A model generated the notes under the pieces. The model was not told the origin of the DNA. It saw only the letters and a program-made list of their open reading frames with translations, and did not search any database. Source: Psammoneis japonica (Eukaryota). Taken from it: 64,000 nucleotides of DNA. Location of the stretch: contig QPGO01000102.1 in NCBI GenBank assembly GCA_008632985.1, positions 186,001 to 250,000 of the forward strand, in the 5' to 3' direction. Shown in pieces: positions 13,414 to 25,149 of this stretch; positions within the stretch are counted from its first letter, which is position 1; each line of letters begins with the position of its first letter. Both the position numbers and the translations under genes were made by a program.

Positions 13414-15259
13414 TTTCATGTGTTCGTGCCGCAGCACGCATCCGAGCGAGATAGACATGTACGTAGACTTGTAGTTCTTCTTGCTTCTTAGGCACTCCAC
13501 TTACTAGATCCATCTGTCTTCATTGCAAACTGAATGAAACTAGGCAGCTCCTGAAACTGGTTCACTGCTCCTTGAGATTTAGGAATTCATCGCTCACAGC
13601 GCGGCATGACTCCCACGTACCGTACTGCATTGTCGGGTTTCCTGCGTTTGAATGTGGGCAACACTCCACCTCGTCGTACTGCACTGATCTGCAGGTCGAT
13701 CAACCTATAATCGGAGGGACAAGTCATTCTGCAGGAAGTACATGTACTTGTAAGATCAAGAGAGGGGAAACCACTTAGATAGAACTTGTTTCGAAAATGA
13801 TGCTAATTCGTCCGAACTGGTCTGGAATTACCGGTGTGTAACATCTAGACAAAAAAATCTGATCAGTGATCAACTGAAAAGAGCACCCCCTGAATGGTAC
13901 ACAGCTTTGCTTTGTTTTGGGTACACAAGCTCCCCGCATTCGTAATGCACATTTTTGACGACGTCACTGAAGGCCGTCCTTACATCGCGATGCCTGCGGA
14001 CGACAAGGACGTGTCCACAAATGTCCCTCCCTAGAAGCCATCGCAACAATTCAATTTTCGTGTCGCGAGGAAGCTTTTGAGATTTCTTTTTATATCTGCA
14101 ACATCCTCTTGGTTCTCTGCCGTAAAGTTGGCCATGTCTGGACATTCGCGACTAAACGGAACTTTCGTGTCGATATCTCATCTCCTAATTTCATAGTTCT
14201 TGTATTTGTCAAGGTCCGCCTGGGGCAGGATTTGGCGCCGCCCGCGTCGTGAGCGAGCATTTTTATCAATGTCCGGCTAAATGCCTTCATTCCAATATAA
14301 AGAGAATCCCTGTCTTTGCAAATCCTGGCAATCGCCTTTATCTCCTCGTCAGATGTAGCCAATCAAGTGGAGGGCGCGGCAAATCTCCATCGTTTTGCAG
14401 AGTAACGCACGAAGTCGAGCTGATCCGCAAATCCTGCACAACGTTTCGTTGAGAGCAACGAGGAAAGTAGCCCTGTCCAGTGTGTCTTCATCCAGTGTTT
14501 CCATTGTGGTGCTGCGACAGCAGAGCTGGGTCTTGCCTTGCCGAGGATGCTTCAAGCATGTTCCGAAAGTGCCGGTTGCGTAACAAGCATTGATACGAGT
14601 AAATCATTCGCCGAACCACCACCCAAAGCAAATGACTCGCAATGTTTCGTTATGTGATACTTCTCGCTTCTCGGTACTCGTGGCGTTCCGCCATTTCACG
14701 CCGAAAGGGAAACCCACCATGGTTTTGATTGTGACAGATTCATGATGGAAAAGTAGAGGAGAGGGAGAAGTGTCTCATGCCTTCTTCTATTATATTTTCC
14801 AGGAAGAGGAATATCCAAAAGGGGTCTACTGTACGTTGTCGAACGAACGCTACTGGATACCATATGAAATTGAAAATTTCAAATTCGATTTCTATCTCTT
14901 CAACCGAACTCCAATCCCGTTGGACCACCACATTTCCTTAAATGACTTAAGGAAGACAATTGCCCCTATAAGTCATTCTGCTCCCTAAACACGATTGGGC
15001 GGGCCGCGATTCGCGACTGGAACGCACGAGAAAGAACGAGGGTGTCAGGCGCTTATGCTGCTGTCACTCACAAACCACCTGTCAACGCGAACAATCCATT
15101 TCGAAGAACACTCTCGAAGCAAATACCATCTCAGGCTTCCTTCTTTGAGACCTGTGTCGCCCTTTAGAAAACAAGGAAAGAAGAAAAACTGCTGAGAGGA
15201 AAGCTTATACCGCTACGAACACCGATTGTGCCGATCGTAGACCACAGAATACAGAATTC

Positions 15260-16588
15260 ATGCCGAAGCTATCTCGATTTCACCTACTGTTTGTCATACC
15301 CTCCTTACTAGGAGGCTTATTCGCCGATGCTTGCAAGTGCAAACCACCTGATCTCCCAACAAAGTATAACGATGATTCGGTCTCCGATGTCATGCGCGTG
15401 AAAATCCTTTCTGGTTCCATAGCCAAAGATCTCAATGGCTTCGGGGACATGAGAGTTTATGCCGCACTCGTAACCCAACCTTACAAAGGAACCACAAAAA
15501 GAGGTGACTTTGTTATTCTAAAAACACGAACACAATCAGCGTCTTGCGGGACAAAACTATTGTTGAAGCAGCAGATGCTTGTGACGGCTTCGTCAGAAGG
15601 CGAAAGCCCGGGGAATTTCATGGTCAATTCGTGTGGCTACAACAAAAAGTGGAAACGCGTCAAAGGCAATCGCAGGGACAGAGAATTCCTCAGTACGCTC
15701 CCTGGTTGTTGTGAGGATCGTGAAGGAAATCCTGTGTGTGACCAGTCAGTGTGTGGTTGCAGAGACGGAGTCGAGGAAGTCAGATGCTTTGCGAACCCGT
15801 GTGATGTAGCAGAGTGTGACGAAGGCATGTGTACTGCTAACTATTGCGGCGGCTGCAACGATATTTGGACTACAGATTCTGGCTCGACTGTGTGTACCAG
15901 CTGTCGCAAAGACAGCGACTGCAACCAAGACATTCAGAAATGCGTTGACAAGCAGTGCCGGACATTGTGCTTCAATAACGAAACCTGCTCGGATGGCCAC
16001 TATTGTGACGCAGAACAGAGTATTTGTGAACGCGGGGATGAGGAGAAGGAGGAGGAGTCTACGTTCATGTACTACAAGACTTGTGGACTTCCAGTTTGTC
16101 GATATCCTCCACCTGACTTGGGGCTTCCCAAGTGCACGGTGAAGGAGGGATCAAGCTGCAGTGCAAAAGACGAGGGAAACCAGTGTGATCCCGGGATTGG
16201 TTGCGGCGTAAGTTTGAAGTGCACCGATTCGGATCCCACACTTGGGGGTAGAGGGTGTCCTAAATCTCGTCGCGCAACAAAACGAGACATCAACTACCTC
16301 AACGAGAATTCTAGAGAAGAGGTCGCGAACGACTTGATGAACATTCGCCTGGCAGAGTGGAACTACAAACAAGATCCTGACGAAACGGCTCCTCGCCTGG
16401 GCTTTATCATTGAAGATATTGAACCAAGCCCTGCTGTTGATTCAAAGCGAGATATGGTTGATCTATATGGCTACTTGTCAATGGCTGTTGCGGCTATCCA
16501 GACGCAGCAGGAGAAGATCAATCGTCTTGAGAAAGCCGTGAATGACCTGCAAACGCAAGACGAGCATGACAGCACAGCCCAATTTTAA
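15260..16588 (+). CDS. Secreted protein: TIMP/NTR-like domain + Cys-rich repeats + C-terminal peptidase S74 (intramolecular chaperone, phage tail-fibre type) domain
   Basis: Signal peptide ends ADA|CKC, followed by the TIMP-like YKG...T..SASCG...V.SC...W pattern. C-terminus has SRRATKRDI..L...WNYK..RLGFIIED..VDLYGYLSMAVAAIQ and a coiled coil. Single exon. Confidence 0.75.
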   Translation: MPKLSRFHLLFVIPSLLGGLFADACKCKPPDLPTKYNDDSVSDVMRVKILSGSIAKDLNGFGDMRVYAALVTQPYKGTTKRGDFVILKTRTQSASCGTKLLLKQQMLVTASSEGESPGNFMVNSCGYNKKWKRVKGNRRDREFLSTLPGCCEDREGNPVCDQSVCGCRDGVEEVRCFANPCDVAECDEGMCTANYCGGCNDIWTTDSGSTVCTSCRKDSDCNQDIQKCVDKQCRTLCFNNETCSDGHYCDAEQSICERGDEEKEEESTFMYYKTCGLPVCRYPPPDLGLPKCTVKEGSSCSAKDEGNQCDPGIGCGVSLKCTDSDPTLGGRGCPKSRRATKRDINYLNENSREEVANDLMNIRLAEWNYKQDPDETAPRLGFIIEDIEPSPAVDSKRDMVDLYGYLSMAVAAIQTQQEKINRLEKAVNDLQTQDEHDSTAQF

Positions 16589-16899
16589 GGGTGTTGTTTT
16601 TCATTACGTGCATATGTCAAGGGAAGCAGCAGCACTGGTAGCACCCTCCAGTAGCTACTGTGTAGAAATGGGATTTCCCTGACAAACTCCGAATTAGCAT
16701 ACATTATCTCGATTGTTTGTAGACGAATAAGCGAAGTACCTGTATGCAGTCTTTAGAATAACGCCACACTTTGCGACATGATAAGAAACTGTCTCTCGCT
16801 CTGTACTTTTGTCCTCTTTACAACGACACTCACTCATCCTCAGTCTCGTTAACGAGATCTATGCTGGTTTCACCAATGCATCCCTCCCCCTCAGGACCC

Positions 16900-19800
16900 A
16901 CCGTCGAATTTGTTTCTTTTCGTCTTCGAGGTTTGCAGCGTGGACACTGTCGATGTAAAACTCAATGGTCTCGTTTTGATCATCTCAGTTCCCTCAGTTG
17001 GATTGCCCAACACATGCTTGATGGTGCATTCACATGCAAAGTTCTCACAGAGGGCGCTGTCAGCTTGAAAGTCACTTGCTGCTTGCACATTGATGAAGCA
17101 TGACGCATCTGGCTCAGTCAAGGAGTCTTTCTGCATTGGCAAAATTAGAAAGCATGGCTGGCAGTGCTCAATCCCCACAGTTGCACTTTGAGGTTTAAAT
17201 CCAAAACCCACTTCAGGCTTCCACCAATGGCAAATGCATTCTCCTTCATTTTCCAAGGCACATTTCCACAAAGCTGTGCTCTTGGTGCAGGACCTGTTTC
17301 TTTGATCCATCCACAGTTTGTGCCCCCATCATGTGCTTGGTTTCTAGAATCCTTGTGTCTTTGACGGGGTTGCATTTCAGTGCTTGCAGTGCTTTTTCAG
17401 CAACATCCTGTGCCACCCATCTCACTTCTTTGCCATGTCCAGGTGTGACGGTGGTGCAAGAACAACTGCCACTTTCAATTGCTGAGCAGAAAGAACAGAC
17501 AGCAAACACAACATCAAACTGTGCCATTGCTGCTTTGCACAACTGTCTGAGTGGCCCCATGTTGTCATTCTTCACAAATCAAACAAACAGTGGTTTTCAG
17601 TCTCAGCAGCAGATTTTTTAAAAACAAGTGAGCATCAAAGGTGACTTGCTTGGATTGCTTGGACAAGTGAGGAGAATGATGCACAATCTGGGTTTGTCAG
17701 CCATGCATTTGCCAATGTGCACAGCCCTCAATTGATGAAACACCAAGCTCCAATGCCAGATGTTTCAAACAATCTGCACGCATCAAAAGGCCTCTCCTGG
17801 CAGCAGTGTGAGCAAGCCTGCTCCTGTTTCATTTTCAAAAAATGATTTTTGCCAAAAATCAACACGTGCAACAACTGGTGCCACTGCTTCTCCAAATGCA
17901 GCATGCTGCAGCACTTTTGCATCAGCACACCAAACCACATCACACCATGGGGGTGCTGATTGCTGATGAGCTGCTTGACTGCAGACACTCACTGAACATC
18001 TCAGCTGCATGAGTGACTTTCATGCCACCAGCCCACAATGCAACGGTGCTTGTTGCAAACAAAAAATTGATCAGCAAGGTGCTGTTGTGCCAATGTGTCA
18101 GTGTCTTGCAGTCATTCTACACCCAGGCTGCCAAACAGGTTAATTTGTGCACAGCAGCAGCACTGACAGAGTGAACAAAAAACTTGCCAAGACAACTGAG
18201 AAAATGGACAAGAAGACAGATTGCAGCAGGGCAACAAACAGGCTCTGCAGTGTGAAAGCACTGCTCCAGTTTGCCCTGTCAGTTGTTGGCAATCTTGCCC
18301 CATCCAAGTGCAGTTGGCAAGCAAACACTGGTGTTGTGTTGTTGACCCGCCCCTCTGTCTGACCACATGGTCGCACAATTTTTTTTGTGGAAGGTGGAAA
18401 AAGGGGTTTTTCCAGATGACACACACCATGGCAATCAAGCTGCACCAGCAGGCCAATGCAGTCTCTTGACAAATGAACATCATCACAGAGCACATCACAA
18501 GAGTGGATCAGCATGTGGGATTGTCACAAAGATGGATGTCTCTGCAGCCACTTTGTTGACTCAAAAAGCCAAGCATTGGCATGGAAACTTTTTGCAAAAC
18601 AGATCAAAGTCTCCCTCAGCAGATTTGCAAAGAAGGTGACTGACAGAATGGAATGTGGGGCATTGACAGATCCCTCATCTGAAAAAAGGTGGTCTGGCAG
18701 CATTGGATCTTGTCACTTTGCAGAGACAGATGAGCACACATTGTTGAAACGGCATTGCAAGCAAGAACCAACTTGCAGCCTTGGAAGCCATCAATGGCAG
18801 CAGCTTTTGTGACACACAGACACAGTGGCATCTGAAACAATGGTCTGTGTCAATGGCTTCTGGGCTGACTCAAAATCACAGGCAGGGTGTGCAGGAGCCA
18901 ACACCTTTGTTTCTTTTGGCAAACTCACTCTCTAGAGAGCCTGGTTTAGATGGAGAGATGCAAGATCATTGTCCATGATGTGGATCTTCAGCAGATCAAA
19001 TTTGGCAAGAATGAGAAACACTGATGAAGAGCCAATCTTGACTGCAATGTGTGCTGTTGTCCAGCTGACAGCATGTTGTCAGGGAGGTTCTTCTTGACCC
19101 AGAGTTTTGGGTGTGCACACACCACTTTTGATGTTGAAATCATGTGTGAAGCTCACATGAAGGTGCTTGCACTTGATTGTCACCTGGAACACAGAAATGT
19201 GCCAGTGCTGGTCACTGGAATCTCTTGATGACTGGCCTTTACAAATTTGGAATCTTGCTTCTTTTCTGCCAGCTGGCTTTCCCCAATTTAGCCACAGCCA
19301 CACAGAAGATGTGGCATGCACTGGCGAGGCAACCCACAAGCTAGAATCTTCAAGGTTCTTGTCCAGCACACCTGCTGCAGCTGCACCAGCTCATCAACAG
19401 CAGCATCACATCTGCACCATCCCACACATGACAAGTTGGTGCTCACAACCAATGGCAGCAAACCCTTTTTGGCTGCTTCAGCTGTCAATGGCACAGTCAA
19501 CAGCAGCGCCATTTGTTTGTGCCATCTTGTGAGAAGGTGTTTGTCTCTGCACATCATCCAGTCTGTTGCTCTGCACCCCACTCCCCACCGTCATTGTGAA
19601 GCACACATGATGACATTTGGGAGATCAGGTCAAAAGCCAGCTGCATTGTCTTGTTTCTTGTTGACTGTGTCACGCCACTCTTCTCCAGCTCATGGCTTCA
19701 TTCATTGCTGTTGTGCAATGATGAATCCCGCAAGCCTCTTTCAAGGCTTCACCATGCTTGCTTCTTGGATCTGCAGCCCCTTTTTGGAAAGAGGAGGAGG

Positions 19801-22390
19801 CCAGCTTGAGGGAGAAGATGATGATGTTGTTGACAAAGACAACAAAGACAAAGAAGATGAGTGGTGACTGTGCCTCTTCTTGTGACCATGGACGTGCTTC
19901 CTGAAGAGTGTTTCTTGCACACTTCTTGGAGCCAAGAAACAAGGCAGCAGCTCAGCGGGCCAAATCTGGAACCACATGTGTGCCAGATGCCAGCCTCCAA
20001 AAGTGCTGGTCTGTTCCTGTTGCTTGGCATTTTTCTTCTTCATCTTGCCCTCCTTGAGCTGTTGCTTCTGAGCAACAGCCTCCTTGGCTTTTTCTAACCA
20101 AGCATGCTGAGCGCTGACTTTTGCTTGGCTGTTGCTGAGTTGGTTCCCCTCTTGCTGTTCTTGTTTCTTGTGTGTGCCTGCACTCAAGATGTGTTGTTTT
20201 CATGGTGCTGAGAGTGTCTTTTATTTCATGCAGCTTCAATCAAAAGGTGCTGGTGCCTTGCCTCAGCCTCTGGGCTTGCACAGTGCTGCCAGACAACTTG
20301 TTTTCTTTCCCATTGCTGCTCTGTGCTGAAAGCAGAGCACTGCTGGCTCTTAGAAAGCTCCCGCCAGAGGTCCTCTTGTGTGGAAGAAAAGGGGGAAACA
20401 AAAACACAACCAGCAGCATGATGCAGGTGGGGAGGGCAGCTGTTGCCAATGCTCTGACAGCCACTTGCACCTCTCAACATCTCCAACTTTCCTGGGCACC
20501 AGCCAGCAGCACCCACAACATGTGGGCTGTGTGGTGCCCTGTTGCATTTTTTCTTTCAGAACAGTGGCACACCATTTTCACAAAAAACACTGTGCAAATC
20601 TCTTCAAATTCACTCAACCATGTGCCACCCACCACCCACGCCTTGATGCTCTTGCAAAATGCTGCTCTGTCAGCTCTGATCTGCCTTTTGCTGTAACATC
20701 CATTGCCCATTGCTGCTGCCATGTTGATCTGCAACACACCACATGTTGCACTGGCATGCCGGCAGCACTGTTGAACACTGAAGAAGCGAGCAAGTCACGT
20801 TTTGCACTGTTGTTTCACTCTGTCTTTTGTGACTCCATTTGTGCTTGCAGATGAATCAGCAGAGCAACCAATCTGCTGCTCCCCATCTGTCTTGCAAGCT
20901 AGATTGATTTTGGTGGTGCACACAGCAGCGGCAGCTCTGATGGAGTGCTGAGAGCAAACATGATGAAGATGGCCAATGAACAGCCAAAGAGACAGACTGC
21001 AGCATGACAACAAACAAGCTCTGACGTGCAATTGTGACAATTGCAGTTTGCCCAACTGCTGGCACAACAAAAGTGCCAAAGCAGTGAGTGCACACTTTCA
21101 GCCAGAAATCAGGGGAGTTGAGCATTGAGAGAGTCAGGTGGAACAGAAGTGGACAGTGGTGCACAGGTGAAAAGGTGAGAAAAAAGGGCAGGCTGGCAAC
21201 CTTGCCAGAACCGAAAAAGTTCACAAGGCAGTTGTCAAGGCAAAGGAAAAATTTTCAAAGGAAAGAAGGGGGGTGCATGAACTTGAAAGACAAAAGGGAG
21301 CAGAGGTTTGCCGCCAGCCATCATCACAGAGAGAGGAGCTGGCAAACAAGGAGGTGGGCAAGCTCTCTCTGTGGTGTGTGGCGGAGCATGAATTTGGGGG
21401 TCTGCGGTGCAAGCAAGGGCCAGGAAAGGAAAGAATGATGAGTTGCAAGTGCCAAGTTGGTGCAAAAAGTGGTGGACTTGAGGAGGGAAGTGAAAGGGTG
21501 GGAGCCTGGGGAGCAAGAACAGGGGAAGGATCAAAATGAGAAGAAAGAGGGCCAAAAATGGGGCGGGTGGTGGTGGAAGGATTGCAAATGGAGGAAGATG
21601 GGAAACAGGCAGAAAACTCATGCAGAAGGAAATTGGAGAAAGAACAGTGTCACACCAAGTGAGGTCTGGCAAGTCCGCACTGGAGTTGGGCTGTCAGTGC
21701 ACAGCAGAGGAAGAGGGGTGAGGCTGGTGCGGGAGAGAGTCTTGGCGACGCCAAGTTTGGGAATGCCACCAAATGTTGTGCTGGCATCACAACATGTGGT
21801 TGTTTCACCAGTGGTGGTGCAAACTGAAGAGAGAGAAGGAAGGGGGCAATTGGGATGGCAGAGAGGCTTGGAGGGGGGCTCAAGGGTGCAGCCACATTTG
21901 TCAGGGGGCAGGACAAAGAAAAAGCACAAAGGTCGTCAGAAGGATCATCAAACAATGGGTCCAGATCATCAAGGAAAAACTCATCCACGCCAAAGGAACA
22001 ATCAGCAAAGAGAACTGGCAGGTGAATGGTCAAAGATTGTGCTGAAGGAAAACTGTTGGCTTTCAATCCAGCACTGAACACAGTCTGGAGTCTGTGACCA
22101 GTGCAATGCCGGTAACTCGCAAACAACAATCGCAACGCATGATACGAACGAAGGGCAGGTCGTTTGGTGCGGTCGCAAGTAAAGTGAGACAGCGGCAAAA
22201 TAGAGAACGATGAACGATGTATTTACAGCACGATGATCTTTCGTCGTGACGCCGGCAACTTGCTGAAGCATATTTACAAGACGCGTTGCACTGTCTGTTG
22301 CTCTCTATCTTTGTGACTCTGTTTGTGTTTGCAGAATAAATCAGCAGAGCAACCTCTCCGCCGCCGCCATATTGCAAGCTACTAGAGCAA
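16900..22390. mobile_element. Degenerate repeat/TE relic, extreme TpA depletion
   Basis: About 16 TA dinucleotides counted by eye in 16981-22080. Contains an internal diverged direct repeat (~20760-20905 vs ~22250-22385). Confidence 0.6.
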
Positions 22391-22564
22391 CCTCATTCAC
22401 ATTATACCTTGTAGGTGTGGTGTGTTTATCGGTTCGTCATCCCGGGTTCACCACATCAGCACTGCTGTGATGTTAGAATTGGAAACAATTCACCAAGCCA
22501 TGAATACTAACAAAAGTCAGATTGACTCCTGTTTTGGGAGTCGCCATGCCGTCAGACGGTCGTC

Positions 22565-23350
22565 TTGCCCGGAGAGGAATTGTTATCAAAGTCAAAACGA
22601 GCACAACATAAGCGGATACAAGCTCCACCTCCTCCGCAATGCCCTCCACCAATCCCATCGAAAATGGTTCGATTGGTGGTTCTGGGCGATGCTCAGTCCG
22701 GCAAAACATCCTTGATACAGCAATTTCTGTTTCGTTTCCAAGTCGGACAAACAAATAATGGGGATCGAACCACCGCGTCCACACGAAAGAAAAAGTCTTG
22801 GTCCGTGGACTATTACAAAAAGGACATTTCGTACCGGCTCAACAATAATGAGTTTGCATGTACGCGTTTACAGCTATGGGATATTTCTGGATTAGACAGC
22901 TCTTTTATTGGAAGCGACACAAAGGACGACGAATTGAATCAGCTCCTTCAGAAAGCATCTGGCATAGTCTTGGTACTCTCGTGCGAACTCGGGTTTCAGG
23001 CGTTGATGGAAAGCATAAGCACATGGATAACGCGGCTGAAGAGGAATAGTTCAAAAGAGCAGCTTCCAAGAGTTGCACTGTTTGTGAATAAGCAAGATCT
23101 GTTGGACAAGATAAAAGAGAAACCTTCCACATGGATACGAATTGGTTCAGTCTTGTCAGAAGCATGCCAAAGACTGGGGATTCAAGAATGGTGTCTCTCC
23201 TCCTGCCATGGCAATACCCCAAATGACAGTGCGTTAATTGAAAGTGCCATGATGGGCTTTCTGAAGGGTTGTGTCAACGATGATTCTCATGGGAATACTC
23301 AAGAAGGGCGTTCACAAAGAATGGGGCCCCAATACCAACACCAACAGTAG
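22565..23350 (+). CDS. Rab-like small GTPase (divergent)
   Basis: G1 GDAQSGKTS, G3 LQLWDISG and G4 NKQD. Start uncertain (ATG 22499 with a frameshift, or ATG 22664). Confidence 0.8.
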   Translation: MPGEELLSKSKRAQHKRIQAPPPPQCPPPIPSKMVRLVVLGDAQSGKTSLIQQFLFRFQVGQTNNGDRTTASTRKKKSWSVDYYKKDISYRLNNNEFACTRLQLWDISGLDSSFIGSDTKDDELNQLLQKASGIVLVLSCELGFQALMESISTWITRLKRNSSKEQLPRVALFVNKQDLLDKIKEKPSTWIRIGSVLSEACQRLGIQEWCLSSCHGNTPNDSALIESAMMGFLKGCVNDDSHGNTQEGRSQRMGPQYQHQQ

Positions 23351-23824
23351 TATATTGAAGATGACCTCCGGCTTTGAGTCTGACCTTGGCTCTAGAGAGG
23401 AACTAGCAGAGAGTCGTCGTACAGGACTAGTCATGGATTGGTCAAGCTCGCAAGTTGGTATTTGCCTTTTGCTATCGTACTAGAGGCCTAGTAAATAGAG
23501 ACTAGCAAAATAGTGGTAGCAATTTCGTGTTGATGCATTGCTCGGGAATTTCCGTTTGACTTCTGGTAAGGTTATCCTTTTGCTGGAGGGGCTTTGGAGA
23601 AGACTGGAAGGAAAAACTCGCGTTGGAACCTGCCCATTACCTGTTGCACCGCACGTGATCTTGGATCTTGCTTTTGGTGATCTTTTCGTCTTCGTCATTC
23701 TCCAGTCGTGCCAAATTATTCCCAGAAATAAGCCAAAGCAGCAGCGCTCTATCATACCAGTACACTCTCTCTTAGAGCGGCAAAGAAAAGCAGCCACTGA
23801 TAACACATTAGGGGCTCTAGAGTC

Positions 23825-24847
23825 ATGGAAGGGACAGCCACTGTTAAGATGCTCACGTTAAAAGCCTCTCTGTTGTTGCTGATGGTTTGCCGCATGGACG
23901 CTTTCGTCGTTACACCTTCCCGTACTTTGCACTCCACGACAAGCAACAAGCCGTTATCGCAACTTTCTTTTTCGTTTACGAGTCACATGATGGAGACAAT
24001 TCCTGCTTCTGTGCTTGTTGGCGATGCCTCGATAGAGTCTACTGTTGCTGCGTTTGATCCTGTCATGCTTCTGGGAGGATTGACGGCCGTCTTTGTCGTG
24101 ATGGCACCGCTGCTTCTGGCTGCTACAGAAGTTTATAATGACGAAGATATCGTCAAAGGAGATGCAGAAGAAGCAGAACCTCCCAGGAGACTCACTTCAA
24201 AGAGTAGCAGGAAACGAGGAGAAATTATTGGAGGAGCTGTAGGGCGCCGGGGCACGCTCATGACTCTGCTGGGTGGTGCTGTAAGTCTTGCGGCTAGCGA
24301 TGTTCTGCTGGGAGCGGTCACCTCTAGTGTCTTTGGTGGCAGCGTTTTAGGCGGAAACGCTGCAATTTCTTCGTCCGTATACGGTGCTGAATGGAGTGCT
24401 CTGTATCAACGTATTGCAACCTTGGGTGCCAAGCATGAAGCTGCCGCAGCCGTTTCGCCAGAGCTGGTCTCATGGATTGCTCGATCACCCGCATTCTTTG
24501 CAAATCCTGAACTACGAGCATGGGTGGCTGCTCAACGGGCATTTCACAAAAGCAGACAAATACTGGGTGCTGCCGTGACTCTAGAAGAGGGCCTTGCAAC
24601 TGCTGGTGCAGTTGCTGCAGCGGCTGCTGCAACGAAGAGCGAGTCTACTGCGAAAGATAAGGTTGCCGAAGCTGACGTATCTGACGTTGTCGTTTCAGGT
24701 GGTGCTGTCCAGCCAGCTGAGAATTACGAATTGACTGATGTAGTCAACAACATGAAGACCGAGACAAATTCAACAACCTCCACAATAGTGAGTGACAAAC
24801 CGCTTGAAGAGAAGAGGCACAGACAGAATAACGCTGGCTACGACTAG
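23825..24847 (+). CDS. Hypothetical membrane protein with putative bipartite plastid presequence
   Basis: 340-aa ORF with normal composition, signal peptide ending MDA|FVV and hydrophobic segments. Confidence 0.6.
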   Translation: MEGTATVKMLTLKASLLLLMVCRMDAFVVTPSRTLHSTTSNKPLSQLSFSFTSHMMETIPASVLVGDASIESTVAAFDPVMLLGGLTAVFVVMAPLLLAATEVYNDEDIVKGDAEEAEPPRRLTSKSSRKRGEIIGGAVGRRGTLMTLLGGAVSLAASDVLLGAVTSSVFGGSVLGGNAAISSSVYGAEWSALYQRIATLGAKHEAAAAVSPELVSWIARSPAFFANPELRAWVAAQRAFHKSRQILGAAVTLEEGLATAGAVAAAAAATKSESTAKDKVAEADVSDVVVSGGAVQPAENYELTDVVNNMKTETNSTTSTIVSDKPLEEKRHRQNNAGYD

Positions 24848-25149
24848 AGGCGCTCAACCTTGGCGATTTCAGGTTGAAGAGTACAGTAGAGGAAGAGTCA
24901 AAGATGGAGGACTTGTCTGTGAAGGAATTGGAGCTCCAGGTGGTCTAGTTGGTGGGCCGGAGCTTTCGTGGGTGATACAATGCTTCTCGCTAGAGGGAGA
25001 CGCATGGATGGACTGTCGGTCTGTGTTGCAGTGAGCGAAAGTGGTATGGTAGAACGGTGTATTATTTAAACTTGTGGTAGATTCAGTCAACAAAGGTGTC
25101 GTAGACATCGTAGGCGGTAAACACCGTTACTAGGCTTGGGGACAACAAA

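Noticed and set aside
13870..14988. Short ORFs between the centrin-like gene and the TIMP-S74 gene
   Set aside because: No recognizable motifs or consistent exon structure. Could be a fragmented gene but is unsupported.
16981..22080. CpG deamination or classical RIP as the sole cause of TG/CA excess
   Set aside because: CpG decay contributes (e.g. CGA->TGA at 57289) but cannot remove TA, and RIP would increase TA.
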